DNA of 64,000 nucleotides from positions 72,788,001 through 72,852,000 of the forward strand of contig OX597814.1 of assembly GCA_951406725.2 (NCBI GenBank), written 5' to 3'. This DNA is from Octopus vulgaris. Its lineage: Eukaryota. The notes below the pieces were generated by a model. It was not told the origin of the DNA. It saw only the letters and a program-made list of their open reading frames with translations, and searched no databases. The translations under genes and the position numbers were made by a program. Every line of letters starts with the position of its first letter. The stretch's first letter is position 1. Below, in pieces: positions 37,260 to 49,580 of this stretch.

Positions 37260-38418
37260 CATCACTTATAAGACTCGCAGCAAGTTCACTACTGTCTTCC
37301 TTTTTACGCGAACCTATCCTGTGACAGGTATCTCTTCTCCAGCCTGATCATACTATCGAGGTGGTAACTAAAAAAGTTAACCAACCCCTGGCCGCAGATG
37401 AAGGTACCTGTCGCTATCCTTCTTAGTCGCGTCTTCCATACCATTTCATTCAGTATGGCTACTACGCAGAAAAAAAACAAGCCTTCCATTCCCTGTTAAG
37501 GGAAGGAGGTGGCACAATCTTGACAATAGAATCAGCCGATAGCCGTACTCCTCCCATCAATGACAACAGTTGCTCGACAAAAGCTATCAGTTTCGATAAT
37601 TCCGGACACTCCACGAAGGCGTGCAAGACAGTTTCTTTGTTCTGCCCGCACCTCGGGCATGTCGGCGAGACGGCACATCCGTGCATTGACAGCTTGTCTT
37701 GAACAGGCAAAGCCGAACGGTAGCACTGCCAAGCCAGGGATTTCTGGTGATTATCCAGGTACTCCGGCTCGAAAGTTCTCCTGAACAGGTTGATCAACTG
37801 ACTTCCATCGTAGCCCAGGGCCTCCCCCCAGGACATCGTCTGACATAAATTCCACTAACCCGCTATAGAAATCCGCAGTGGAGCTCCTGTTGCTGGTATT
37901 GCCCGCCCGAGAGAGTAGCTGGAGTGCCTGACGACACTCCAATTGCCAATACCCCAGCTTAGGTATTCGTTTGATCCATGGACCAATATCCATTAAGGAT
38001 GTCAACTGTGGAAAGTAGAACCTTACGTGCGGTGACCACACATACTTTCCATCCAGGTAATGCCAGAGGTGCCTCAGTCTTAACGCGAATTTTCACATCT
38101 TCAGCCAAGGCATCCCTAGCCCACCCTTTAGCAGTTTGGGGTAGCAGACAGAGCGCTTCAGAAGTGGCTTTCCTCCCTTCCTCAAAGATCGGAAAAGGAT
38201 TCTCTCCAACTTATTCAGTCAGAAATCGGGGAAAGGCACAACGGTCAGGCGGTAGGTGATGACAGATGCAATGAACATCTGCTCCACCTCCTCCCTTCCT
38301 AGCAAAGATAACGCCCGCCTAGACCAGGTCTCACTCCAATTCTTCTCTATCTGGAGATCTGGACCGAACCAGACCCCTAGTAACTTAACCGGACCTTCCG
38401 TCCAACGCCTTACGACGT
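37260..38418 (-). mobile_element. L1/Tx1-clade LINE, 3' part of ORF2
   Basis: LAWQCY..ALPV.DKL, the CPRC....ETVLHAF.ECP knuckle and VWKTR; upstream KLLGVWFGP-type motif. Confidence 0.85.
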
Positions 38419-38458
<40 letters not shown>

Positions 38459-38460
38459 TT

Positions 38461-39159
38461 GGATCTTTACCTTTTGACTTACAGATTTAAAAAAAATATT
38501 TTTTTGTAACTAAACACTTTCAAACTTCGGACACTGATAAAATGTGTCATATAAAACATCTTTTACTCTTAGTAGTTTTGAGAAAAACTTATATTTACGA
38601 AGTTATTTCACGTTAAAGTTTTCGTATTTCGGTAATTTCAACCTATGACTTTGAAATAAAATTACTGAATAAAATTACTGCCGTTGTTTGTCAACAACTA
38701 TCGGCGGTGTATTTTTCGTTTGTCACTGTTATTTATGACATCGTTCGTGCGTTTGTACTGGTTTTAAGGTTTTAGGGTTAGGGTTAGGGTGTTAGGGTTA
38801 GGGTTGGGGTTTTAGGGCTAGGGTTTTAGGGTTAGGGTTAAGGTTTTAGGTTAGGGTTTTAGGGTTAGGGTTGAGTTAGTGTTAAGGTTTTAGGGTTGTC
38901 ATAAATAACAGTGACAAACGAAACATGCACCGCCGGAAGTTCTTGTTGGCAAACAACAGCAGTAATTTTATTCAGCTGAATACACGTCATTGATTGGTTG
39001 AAATTACCAAAATACGAGAACTTTAACATGAAATAACTTCGTTAGTATAAGTTTTTCTCAAAACTGCTAAGAGTAAAATATGTTTTATATGACTCATTCT
39101 ACCAGAGTTTAGTTACAAAAAATTATTTTTAAAATCTGTCGGTCAAAAGGTAAAGATCC
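38461..39159. mobile_element. Merlin-like foldback MITE with ~270-bp TIRs and a telomeric-repeat core
   Basis: GGATCTTTACCTTTTGAC / GTCAAAAGGTAAAGATCC; 8-bp TSD ATATCTTT (38453-38460 and 39160-39167). Confidence 0.9.
38764..38897 (+). repeat. Interstitial telomere-like array (TTAGGG / TTTTAGGG variants)
   Basis: Direct reading. Confidence 0.92.
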
Positions 39160-39162
39160 ATA

Positions 39163-39528
39163 TCTTTTACTCTTTTACTTGTTTCAGTCATTTGACTGCG
39201 GCCATGCTGGAGCACTGCCTTTAGTTGAGCAAATCGATCCCAGGACTTATTCTTTGTAAGCCTAGTACTTATTCTATCGGTTTCTTTTTGCCGAACCGCT
39301 AAGTTACGGGGATGTAAACACACCAGCATCGGTTGTCGAGCGATGGTGTGTCTGTGTGTGTGGGGGGGACAAACACAGACACACGCATATATATATTTAT
39401 ACGACGGGGTGCTTTCAGTTTCCGAGGCTATAGTAAAAGACACTTGCCCAAGGTATCACGCAGTGGGGCTGAACCCAGAATTATGTGGTTGGTAAGCTAG
39501 TTACTAACCACACAGCCACTCCTGCGCC
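39163..39528 (-). mobile_element. tRNA-derived SINE (major family of this window)
   Basis: Minus-strand head GGAGTGGCTGTGTGG, B-box-like GGTTCAG.CCC and CCTTGGGCAAGTGTCTT; tail ATGACTGAAACAAGTAAAAGAG. Confidence 0.88.
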
Positions 39529-40639
39529 TATATATAAGTATATATAAAATAAATAAATATATGTGTGTGTGTATTTATATATAGTGATTATAATTTTGCG
39601 AATTGTCGACTTTATTGTTTGACCTTAGCTACTGTGCTAAGAATCGAGTCTCCGTAAGGACGAAATCTCGGAGCCTAAGGTAGCCGTAACGCGGGTATGC
39701 ATTTATCTGCACACACTTCTCATACTAAAAGAGTTCTAACTAGTTCATCCTTTTGTTTTTACGAAAGTATTTGTATAATTGAAAACAAACCCAACCTTGT
39801 TTCACCTTCCAATATCACTACATATATCATATCGTCTTAAAAGACAAACCGAACGATCATAAGAAAAAAGACGGGGTAGACATATAGCCGATCATAGAGC
39901 TGGCCCAGAACAATCTACACGTCAACAATTAGTGTGAACATATTTAATGCCCTTAGTCTTAAAAAGCTAATTAGAAATAATTTCAAAGAGAAAAAAAAAA
40001 TGTCACCAGTGAAGTTATATTTCATTAAACATAACTTAAGAGTCCTAGCTACAACTAACTGCCGTCTCTGACACTATTACTATTAATTTCGCCTCGTCTA
40101 TCTTTACCTTCTCCCACTCCACGATATGGCTACTACTGTCGTTGTCATTGCAGCTTCTACTGCACTAAATATTTAAACTAATCTTATCAGTTTCGTGGTT
40201 TTGTATATTAGTAGACAAAATAAATAGTTTTAATTTAATAAGAATTTATCTGATAAGGAAGCAGTATTTCATCGAATATTTTATATTAGTCAAAATACTT
40301 TAAATAATCCTAATTGTTTGTTTTTGAATGCAACAAATAATTATCAAGAGCAATGACTTACAAGCCGCTTTATTCTTACCTTTTGCAACAAACCATACTG
40401 AATTAATAAAATAAACAAAACTCACAAAGACAACATAGTATACTTGGAATGTATTTTTCATATTTTTTTTCAAAATACTTTTAAAAGTTTATAAAATGAA
40501 CTATTTTTTACTATTCCACAATTGAGTAACTCGAATGATTAAATATTTTATATGAAATTAATATTAATAGTTATGAAAGTATATAGACTGCGTGTGTGTG
40601 ATTCGCCAGGGTATTAAGATAAGTCATTAGCATATATTA

Positions 40640-40831
40640 CTGCGCACTAACCAGCGCAATAGTTGAACGAACTACTTTAGTTTCACTTCTCTTACCTTCT
40701 TTTATCTTGTTACCTGGAATATTTTAACAAGTTGTCTGTTTTCGAAGCATTTATGGCTGTTTTATAATTACTTTTTGGATATCAAAACTTAAAGGATTAT
40801 TATCAATTTGTAAACCTTCTTGAAAGTAAGT
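40640..40831 (+). other. Possible non-coding first exon of a host gene
   Basis: Unique sequence with a TGCGCA element upstream and a strong donor AAA|GTAAGT at about 40826; no coding evidence. Confidence 0.25.
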
Positions 40832-43519
40832 CTGAGTATATCTTTTTATCACATTTTGATTGTAAATTTTTTCTAACTACTTTAAAGTTGTTATAACCTC
40901 GATGGAGGCGGGTCAGGTTGAGACACCACTTTCACAGGTAGTTGTGGAGTTTGAAGCAGAAAACTTGAGAATTTTGATTTAAAGTTACGAAATAAAACCC
41001 TTATATTTAGTCAATTACTATTTTACTGGAAATATTTACCCATATAAAAATAATATTCTTTAATATTTAATGAATAATATGCCAATTCGTGAAAATGTGT
41101 TTTGTTTTGTGTTTTTTTTCTCAATTGTATTTATTTTCAATATTTGCTAAAACTACATTGTTTTGTAAGCAGTAGAAAGGATTTTATAAGCAGGATTTGT
41201 TTTCATTTTTTATTGCAGTCATACATTAAAAATGTTTATGCTCTACAAAGTGAAATTAAGTTCTGAAACATACTTCTGCAAAGATAATATCTATAGTAAA
41301 TATATTTGCAGTCAACCAGAACAATTAAATTGTCGAATACTTCTTGTTTGAAATTTGTAGAACACTTTAACTTTAGATTGAATATTAAAAAAAGTAAAAT
41401 TTTATTTTAGGTGATGAAGCTTACGCACACACATATATTTAAGGCTAGGTGTTCAAGCTGTGTTCTGTTTTTTGAAGTCTCTACCCACTAGTTGCTGCCT
41501 TCCCTGGGAGATTGTGATGTTTACCTTAGCCTGACCTACTTGTTGATAATTTTTTTTTCTTATATACATAGATTTCTGTCTTCTGTATGCCAGTCTCTCC
41601 CACTACCTTTCTCTCGTCTCTACTTCTTTCTCTCTCTGATCTATGACCACTTGTCCTCCTTTATATCCTGTTTAAATGTCAGTGTTTTTTTTCTTTTGTA
41701 TACATAGACTGGGTTGAAAATTGATAATTTGAAAAGAAACATTTATTACAATTTTATTCAGTTAATATTTCTCCACGAAAATTGCTGATTTTCTTTTCCC
41801 TGAATTAATTACTTATCAAACGTCCTCTATGTTTCATAAAACTGAAATTCAAACTTGAAATGGTTACTGGGTTTAAGTGTAGATTAATTGTTTATCGAAA
41901 AGTTAACCGACATCGAGATGTTTGTATAAAAAAAACATAAGGCTAAATTTCGATATGAGGGCGATCTGTGTGTGATGTGCAATTAAAGAGTTCTTAAAAT
42001 ACAGAAGCAAAGGCGGCCAATTAGTGTGGATGATAAAAACAAAAGTTTATGATTTGTATTTATAAAAAAAATAAAATTCAAAATATCAATATTTTGTTGG
42101 ACGAATTATGAGATGTTAACATTGTCCTCGTATATAATTCCTTGATCAATAAACCAAACGGTTATGAGTTTGAAATAAGTTCATAAGTTTTGTCAAGTAT
42201 TGATTTATTCGTTGTAAGTAGTAAGTCACCAGGTAGTAATTATTAGTGTTTGTGTGTGTTGGTTGGTTTATTTTTAAAAAATGGCTATTTTTTTTAATAA
42301 GTTAGAAGGTGAGGGGGGGGGGGGGGCTGTATTCATGACCTTTTCAGGTCACTCAGGGATTCCGAGTGTGTAGCGGTGGTGATAAACCAGGCGGCGTGAT
42401 TTCTATTTACATTTATTGGCTCAACATTTTAGGTGCAACGGGACAAGTCAGATGGAATTTTACTGTATGCAGTTTATGCCATAAATAAATGCATATTTAA
42501 AATGAGTCTCTTTGCTCATTTAATGATATATATTTATGAGATGCTAATAAATGATGCTGTTTCAGATCATTGAATCGCCGCATGACTACATATTGGAGCA
42601 TTCCTTCGGTTTTGGTCTACAGTGTCAGCCTAGCCTATTTATGTTATGAGGGATGGTTGTTTGGGGTGAATGACGTCGTGTTCCAATATTGAAGATTGCC
42701 CAAATTGGTGTCATTTCGCCCTTCCTGGCTTTGTTTCACAATCTGTAATAATGAAAATAGTGCAAAATGCTAAAGTTACGGAAATTGGTAAGAAACAAGT
42801 TGAGGCAGGTAGGGGAAACGATCTGAAATTTTCCTCCTGAATTTTTTCTCTCCCTAAATTTTAACATAATAGTAATCTAAGGAAACGTACGTGTATGTGC
42901 ACAAATTCATTTACAAATATACTTTTTTTTTCAGTAAGCTATGAGAAAACAAAATCGCGTTGGCACTTTTTTGTAGTTATACCGGAAACTAATTTGCTTT
43001 TTTTAAAAAATTATTCTATTTTAAATGCATAAAACAATCTGATAAGACTAGAGAGCATTACAAGAAAATACTTATTTAAGCAACGTGTTAATAACCTGCT
43101 ACTTATCTCGGCTTGACCTTTATACCATCTCCCTAAATCAGTCTCTGATATGCTGGTTTTAACATACTTTTGTACCATATTATACTCACATCATGTTTAA
43201 TGTTACACACACACACTATTCTTATTAGTTCAGCGTAGGCTTTCACTTGAATTTGCATTATTCTCGGGTCAAAAGTTGTACAACTTGTTTTTACGTGCGT
43301 ACTGTTTTATGGTTTTGATTATTAACTGCTGCTTTGGTTTCTAATAAAACTTGTATAACTTATTTTAATACTTTTTAAAATATTTGCATAAGGTTACTTC
43401 CGTTTTCATGAAATTTCATTTTACTTTCGTTTTAAAGTATACTGCACAGTGATTACTTTCTTTAAGAAGTATCAAATAAAACCAAATAATGAATCTGATG
43501 TGTTGCCAGTGCCAATAAC

Positions 43520-43715
43520 ACTCTAATTTGTGCACTGGGCCAAGTTTTCAAAGGAATGAGTAGTCGATATTATCAACCCTAGTACTTTACATTCATTTCA
43601 ACCCCGAAAAGATGAAAATCAAAAGTGACCTCAGCGGGATTTTAAATCAGAATGTAATGAGTCGGAACAAATACGGCAAGGCAATTTTTCGAGACCTTTA
43701 CGATTTTGTCTGCTC
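43520..43715 (-). mobile_element. tRNA-derived SINE (Meta-like family), decayed
   Basis: CCCCGAAA.GATGAAA..CAAA.GTGACCTCAGC matches the 7600-7785 family. Confidence 0.6.
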
Positions 43716-44160
43716 GTTTTAATAATGCCTGCCAATTGAACACTTTTAGAATAATTGCATTATGTTTTAGGCTCTAATTTCTAACCAGTCCCATTACTTT
43801 ACACGTGTGAATTTATTAATTCCTTCATTCATCTTCACTGAGGTAACTTCACAAAATAATGTTGCGATGAACAGTAAAATAATTCTTCACAATTAAGAAT
43901 CAGTTGGGAAACGAATGATATCTTTATAGATGTGTTTTGGCAAGTGACTTATACACTATAATCTAATTTCAGTAGACTTTTACAGTAAGCAGATATTTCA
44001 AATATATTTTATGTGGCGAAAACAACCACAATAACAAAAAGAAAAAAACCCGAGGAATGGTGGTAATGAAACTTAGAATAAAAGTGATTTACGGTGGCTC
44101 ATAAATCAAACAACACTTATGCCGTCGTCCCATATGTTCGAAAGTTGAACGGTTAATATA

Positions 44161-45477
44161 TAGTTTGACTCCCGGTCACCAAAACAAAAACAAAAGAAGT
44201 CTAATAGGCGTAAAAGAGTGTGTGGAAAATGAATATGAAAACAAAAATTTGCGCAAACGAATAGGGATGGGGGATTATGGAGAAGACTTACGAAAATTCA
44301 CAAGATCCGATTTTTCCCTCATAACTTTCAGGAAAATGGATATCTTTTAATGAAATTTTACAGAATTTGAGGGGAAAATGTTTTCCGAAGGGGTGGGAAG
44401 AGGATTTCGGAAAATTCACGCGATCCGTTTTTTTACCCCCTCATAACTTGAAGCATCTAGTTTAGCATCTGGTCACAAAAAAAAGTCTACTAGATGTAAA
44501 AAAATGTGTAGAAAACGAATATAAAAACAAAAATTTGCGCAAACATACATGTACAATCTTCGTCTTGGTAATTATTTGACGGCAGGAAGGTATAACTTGG
44601 CTGCTTCTATGAAGAACGTGTTCAACAGACTTTCCTCATGTTGAGAAGTTATAAATAAATATCTTGTAAGATATTGTTGCAGATATTTTGATAGAATTCC
44701 TGGCTTCTAGATCGATTCTTTTATGTTTCTCCAAAGTCTTTCAATGTTTTGTGTGTGTATGTTTCTATGTGTGCTATCTTCAAAATTGTTAGAGTGAGGC
44801 ATTTTCTCTTCATGTGGGCATATCACTGTTTGGTAATATTCCGTGTGAACGAAGGAACTCAACTAACTTATGATCGTTATAATGAAGTGCTGATGTATTC
44901 ATAGTATTCAAAATTACAATCTTCACAAATATTGAAATTCTCCATTTTCGAGCACTAGTTTTCAAATGTAACAGCATCGAAAATGAAATTGATAGATTTC
45001 GAGTAAACCTTCTCCATTAGATTAGGAAAAAAACGATCGTGTGAATTTTCCGATAGTCCTCTCCCCACTCTTTCAGAAAACATTTTCTCAACAAATTTCG
45101 TTATAATCGTGATCTATGCCATATAAACGGTATTTCTATAAAATTTCATTTATATATATCCATCACCTCAATAGACGTCATTGATTGATTGAAATTGCCG
45201 AAATGCAAGAAATTAAACAACAAATATGTTACAAACTACAGAATTTTCTCAAGAAAGCCAAGAGGAAAGATGTTTTATAAACACATTCTACCAGTATACG
45301 AAGTTAAAAATTTTTTAGTTACATAGAAATTATTTTAAAAATCTGCCGGTCAAAGTGAAAAGATCCGTCCTCTCTCCACCCCACCCCAGGTCGTTGCACA
45401 AATTTTCGTTTTCTACACATTTTTTTACACCTATTAGATTTTTTTTTATTGTTTTGGTGACCGGGAGTTAAAACTAC
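44161..45477. mobile_element. Unclassified non-autonomous DNA element with long imperfect TIRs
   Basis: TAGTTTGACTCCCGGTCACCAAAAC.. versus ..GTTTTGGTGACCGGGAGTTAAAACTA; partial internal duplication of the left arm at about 44465-44545. Confidence 0.7.
45170..45366. mobile_element. Right arm of a Merlin-like MITE nested in the previous element
   Basis: Homologous to 38980-39159 and ends CGGTCAAAGTGAAAAGATCC. Confidence 0.75.
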
Positions 45478-46303
45478 GAAAAGGAAAGAACATAAAAAGT
45501 ACCTAGTCCCAAGAAGCCTAAGAAAGTTCACCAATACGTTATTTCCAACAGCTGGTGAATCATCAGGGACTAAGTCACAGAAGCGACGAAAATTTCAACA
45601 TCTCAGGAAATTAACAAAACATCATGTGTTTGCATTCTAAAAGATCTCGTCTTGACTGTACTTACAAAATATTTTGATATTGCACAAATACATTTTACTA
45701 AATGTGTAAACGTTTGAATATTTATGTTACTGAATGTCTAGTAGGCCCGAGCTTCTTAGAAGACAGGCCTGAAAATTCTCCATCAGATCAACTAAATTCG
45801 AAGATCACTTTCTAGTTTACTCCCCCCCCCCCGCCCATGATTAAACCAAGATTGTCAAATTGCATTTATGTCTGAAAATAAAGTCTAGATTGGAGATGGT
45901 TGCTCATTCTTTAGAGCAATTGAATGACACGAAAAACTACTTGTTAATGGAGATTTGAAATTGTATTGTCCAATGTGTCCTGTTTTAAGGCTGCAAATGG
46001 CATATGATGTGAAGAGTTTTTTTTCTTTTGTTTTTGTTAGAATTTAAGGACTTGTGTGTGAATTGAAGGCAATTTGGCTACCAGTATTCAGAGGTTCTGT
46101 CATTTTTCACCATATAGTATTGCTGTTTAGCATCAGGTTAGGTTTGATCAAGCAGATCTGTAATAATAGGCGTTTGTTTTGTATCTCAACTTTATGATAC
46201 ATAGCAGTTGTAGACATTGTGAGTAGTTATATAAATTGATCAGAAATGGACTAAGAAACACATTGGCCACTTTATATAACAATGTCTTTGAAAGGTATTG
46301 ATA

Positions 46304-47160
46304 CAAGGTCTGATTAATAAGTATCTGGACTATTGCCATAGTAACGAAGCTAAAGCAAGCAGAATGAAGATGCTTGGCACAGACTGACCTTGGACACTGT
46401 TTTAACATTCTAGCTCACTTTTGTTGATCACAGTAGTGCTTGGAAGGAAGGTGTATAGTGTGTGATTATCGCATTGACCATAACATAGAAAGTTGTCATG
46501 GCAATACCTGCTCAGCGAGGCCTATGCAAAGTTGCAGAAAGTGTATGGAGAGGAGTATATGAGCTACATACAAGTGTATGAGTGGTTCAGACATTTCCAA
46601 GATGGCTGAAAATTGTTGATAGGGACAAACGTTTTGGGAGACACACAACCAGCACAACCAAGGAAAACACAGCAGACATGCATGCAGCTGTGAGGGGAAA
46701 TCATTGAATCATCATCCATGAGTTACCAGAGGATGTGCAGATTAGTTATGGTTCAGTTCATAATCACTGAAGATTTGGGTATGAGATGCATATCTGCCAA
46801 GTTTGTGCCAAAACTACTTTCAGCTGACCAAAAAGATACTCAGGTTTCAGTTGCACAAGATCTCCTTGATTGTGTCGAGAACAATGAAAACTTCGCTTAC
46901 ACCTTTGAGCAGGTATCACTAAGCTTTTGGCAAAATTTTATGCAGATTCTCTGCTCAACTTTCTCTGTCATGGTCAATGCGATGATTGCATGCTACACAC
47001 ATTCCTTCCAAGCACTGCTGTAAACAGCAGAAGTAAGCTAGAACGCTAAAACATTTTAGCAGAGCAGAGTTCAAGGTCAATCTGTGCCAAGTGGCTTCAC
47101 TCTATGTGCTTTAGCTTCATTACTATGGCAACAGTCTGGATACTTATTGATCAGATCATA
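46304..47160 (+). mobile_element. Mariner element, internally deleted
   Basis: TA-flanked TIRs CAAGGTCTGATTAATAAGTATCTGGACT / AGTCTGGATACTTATTGATCAGATCATA; N-terminal transposase remnant VYEWFR.F.DG and LGMR.ISAKFVPKLL. Confidence 0.85.
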
Positions 47161-47576
47161 TACCTTCATATTGCTCTGCTGGGAGTATAAAGGTTGGATT
47201 GCTTAACTCATGCCAGAAGCTGTGCAGTAGATACATATACACATATCCCAGAATTTTAGTTCAGTATGACTAAATGCCTATGTGATATAAACAGAGGACA
47301 TGTAGATTTCCAATGTGAACTCGTGAACTGTTCACCTCATCACTCATTAACAAATGAGTCTAGTTTTTTACCACCTGTACCATTTTCACAGTTGATTTTA
47401 CTCAGGAGATTGTTTTTTAAGAATTTATTCATTTAACCACACAATATATAGCAGTTGTAAACATGAGTGGCTGTTGTATAAATTGGCCATGCATGGACAA
47501 AGAAGAGAAATATTGTCCTTTTATATATATATAAAACTGAAAAAATGCCTGGTAAACAAATGACATAATGTATACT

Positions 47577-47828
47577 GAGTGTACAACCGGATAGGAGACA
47601 AACATAGAAGGTTCATCAGTCATCAATCAATTTAGCAATTTTTCGCAGAGAATTTAGGGCTGAGAGTATACTCTTTGCCCTAAATTCTCTGCAAAAAATT
47701 TTTGCAGGCATCACCAATATAGTTCTCAGTCTTATCATTAATGGTGCAAAACAGTATTGCTAAATTGGTTGATGTCTGATGAAGAATTAGGGATCTTTTG
47801 TATTTGTCTCCCATCTGGTTGTACACTC
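47577..47828. repeat. Foldback element with nested hairpin
   Basis: Outer arms GAGTGTACAACC.GAT.GGAGACAAA and its reverse complement; inner 16-bp perfect stem at 47645-47660 and 47677-47692. Confidence 0.85.
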
Positions 47829-47976
47829 TGTATATGTTAAGCCATTTGTTTGTTTGTCATGCATTTTTTAATTTATTAATTGAATGCTATGCACACAGAA
47901 TTTTATATATAAATAATATAAGAAAAAGAAGATTGGGAAGTGAATATTTATTATTAACAGCAAATTGATCATCATT

Positions 47977-48046
47977 CCTTACAACTGTTTCAATTAATAT
48001 TCAGCAAATATTAAATTTATACGACCTGAGCATATCTTCAGAGGGT
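47977..48046 (-). ncRNA. Candidate minimal type I hammerhead ribozyme (degenerate) inside a foldback at 47946-48149
   Basis: Minus strand: CCT-CTGAAGA..GAAAC-AGTT-GTA-AGG. Stem I is CCT/AGG; the stem II base is mismatched. Confidence 0.5.
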
Positions 48047-48542
48047 AAAAATATATACCCTTGGATGTTTTATGTGTTTATGGATTCATTATAGCAGACT
48101 GAATCAGTCTGCTATAATAAAACTTGATTAATTTGCTGTTAATAATAAACAATCTCCATTTTCTTTTTCTTCTTTTTATATGAATATAAACTATGCTTAT
48201 ATATATATATACCTATTATTTTAAGTAAATTAATTCTCCAAAAATACTAGATATTGAACCAGTGTTCCCTTGGATAAAACCATCCTTTCATGAGGTTAAC
48301 ACAACCTTTAATCGAATTTAATATATATATATCAGTTGAAAGTAACTGTTTTAGAAAGGTGTTGAATAATACCTTCAGAGTGTTTTACTTAGTGAATACA
48401 AGTTGGAATACTTAAATATATTTCATGGAACTATGTAGTGGGTAGATGCACATCTAGATTGTTTGCATATTCCATCTCTATAGTTGAGATATTTCTAAGT
48501 TTATGTTTAGACATCTCTTTTAGAGAATTTTCATTTTCTTAT

Positions 48543-48960
48543 GCGTAGGAGTGGCTATGTGGTAAGTAGCTTGCTTACAAACCATATAGTTCCGGGTTCA
48601 GTCCCACTGCATGGCACCTTGGGCAAGTGTCTTCTACTATAGCTCAGGCCGACCAAAGCCTTGTAAGTGGATTTCGTAGACGGAAACTGAAAGAAGTCCG
48701 TCGTAAACTGAAAGAAGTCCGTCGTATATATGTATGAATGTGTGTGTGTATATGTTTGTGTGTCTGTGTTTGTCCCCCCAACATCGCTTGACAGCTGATG
48801 TTGGTGTGTTTACGTCCCTGTAACTGAGTGGTTCGGCAAAAGAGACTGATAGAATAAGTACTAGGCTTACAAAGAATAAGTCCGGGGGTCAATTTGCTTG
48901 ACTAAAGGTGGTGTTCCAGCATGGCCACAGTCAAATGACTGAAACAAGTAAAGAGTAAAG
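48543..48960 (+). mobile_element. tRNA-derived SINE, near full length
   Basis: A-box GTGGCTATGTGG, B-box GGTTCAGTCCC; same body and tail as 39163-39528. Confidence 0.9.
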
Positions 48961-49253
48961 AATTTGAGATGTCTATTATTAGGTAAATCCTTGATGATAA
49001 TATTTGGACATTTTTCCTTTACATCCTTCTCAAAGAATACTAATATGTTCCATTGTAATACTACATTATTTTCTGTATCATCAACAAATTATGGTGATGA
49101 TTTCTAATTTTGTTACTTTCTTACTGTTGCAAAATAGGAATCATTATAGCATTTGCTTTTCTCCAATGGTCTGCAAACCTTTTTCCTTGAGATTATTTCT
49201 ACAGGCACAGCATAGTTAACTCATTCTTAAATATAACTTGAACTGAGTATGTA

Positions 49254-49284
<31 letters not shown>

Positions 49285-49418
49285 TATATAACATGTATAT
49301 ATATCTGCATGTGTATATCTCATGATGTATATCAGCAAAAAATGTGGACATCAGTGAGAGAATAGACTAACTGTTGAGAAATTACAGGAATCCATTTAAA
49401 ATTTTTATTAATATATTA

Positions 49419-49580
49419 GGCAAGGTATGGCTGTATGGTAAGAAATTTGCTTCCTGATGACATGGTTCCAGGTTCAATCCCACTGCATGGCACCTCAGGC
49501 AAGTGTCTTCAACCATAGCCCCAGACCAACCAAAGCATTGCTTATAAATGGATTTGGTAGAAGAAAGCTGAATGAAGCCT
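49419..49580 (+). mobile_element. tRNA-derived SINE, 5' half
   Basis: TGGCTGTATGGTAAG, GGTTCAATCCCACTGCATGGCACC and GCAAGTGTCTTC. Confidence 0.85.

Noticed and set aside
38764-38897. True telomere or chromosome fusion site
   Set aside because: The array is short, degenerate, in one orientation only, and enclosed by TIRs with a TSD.
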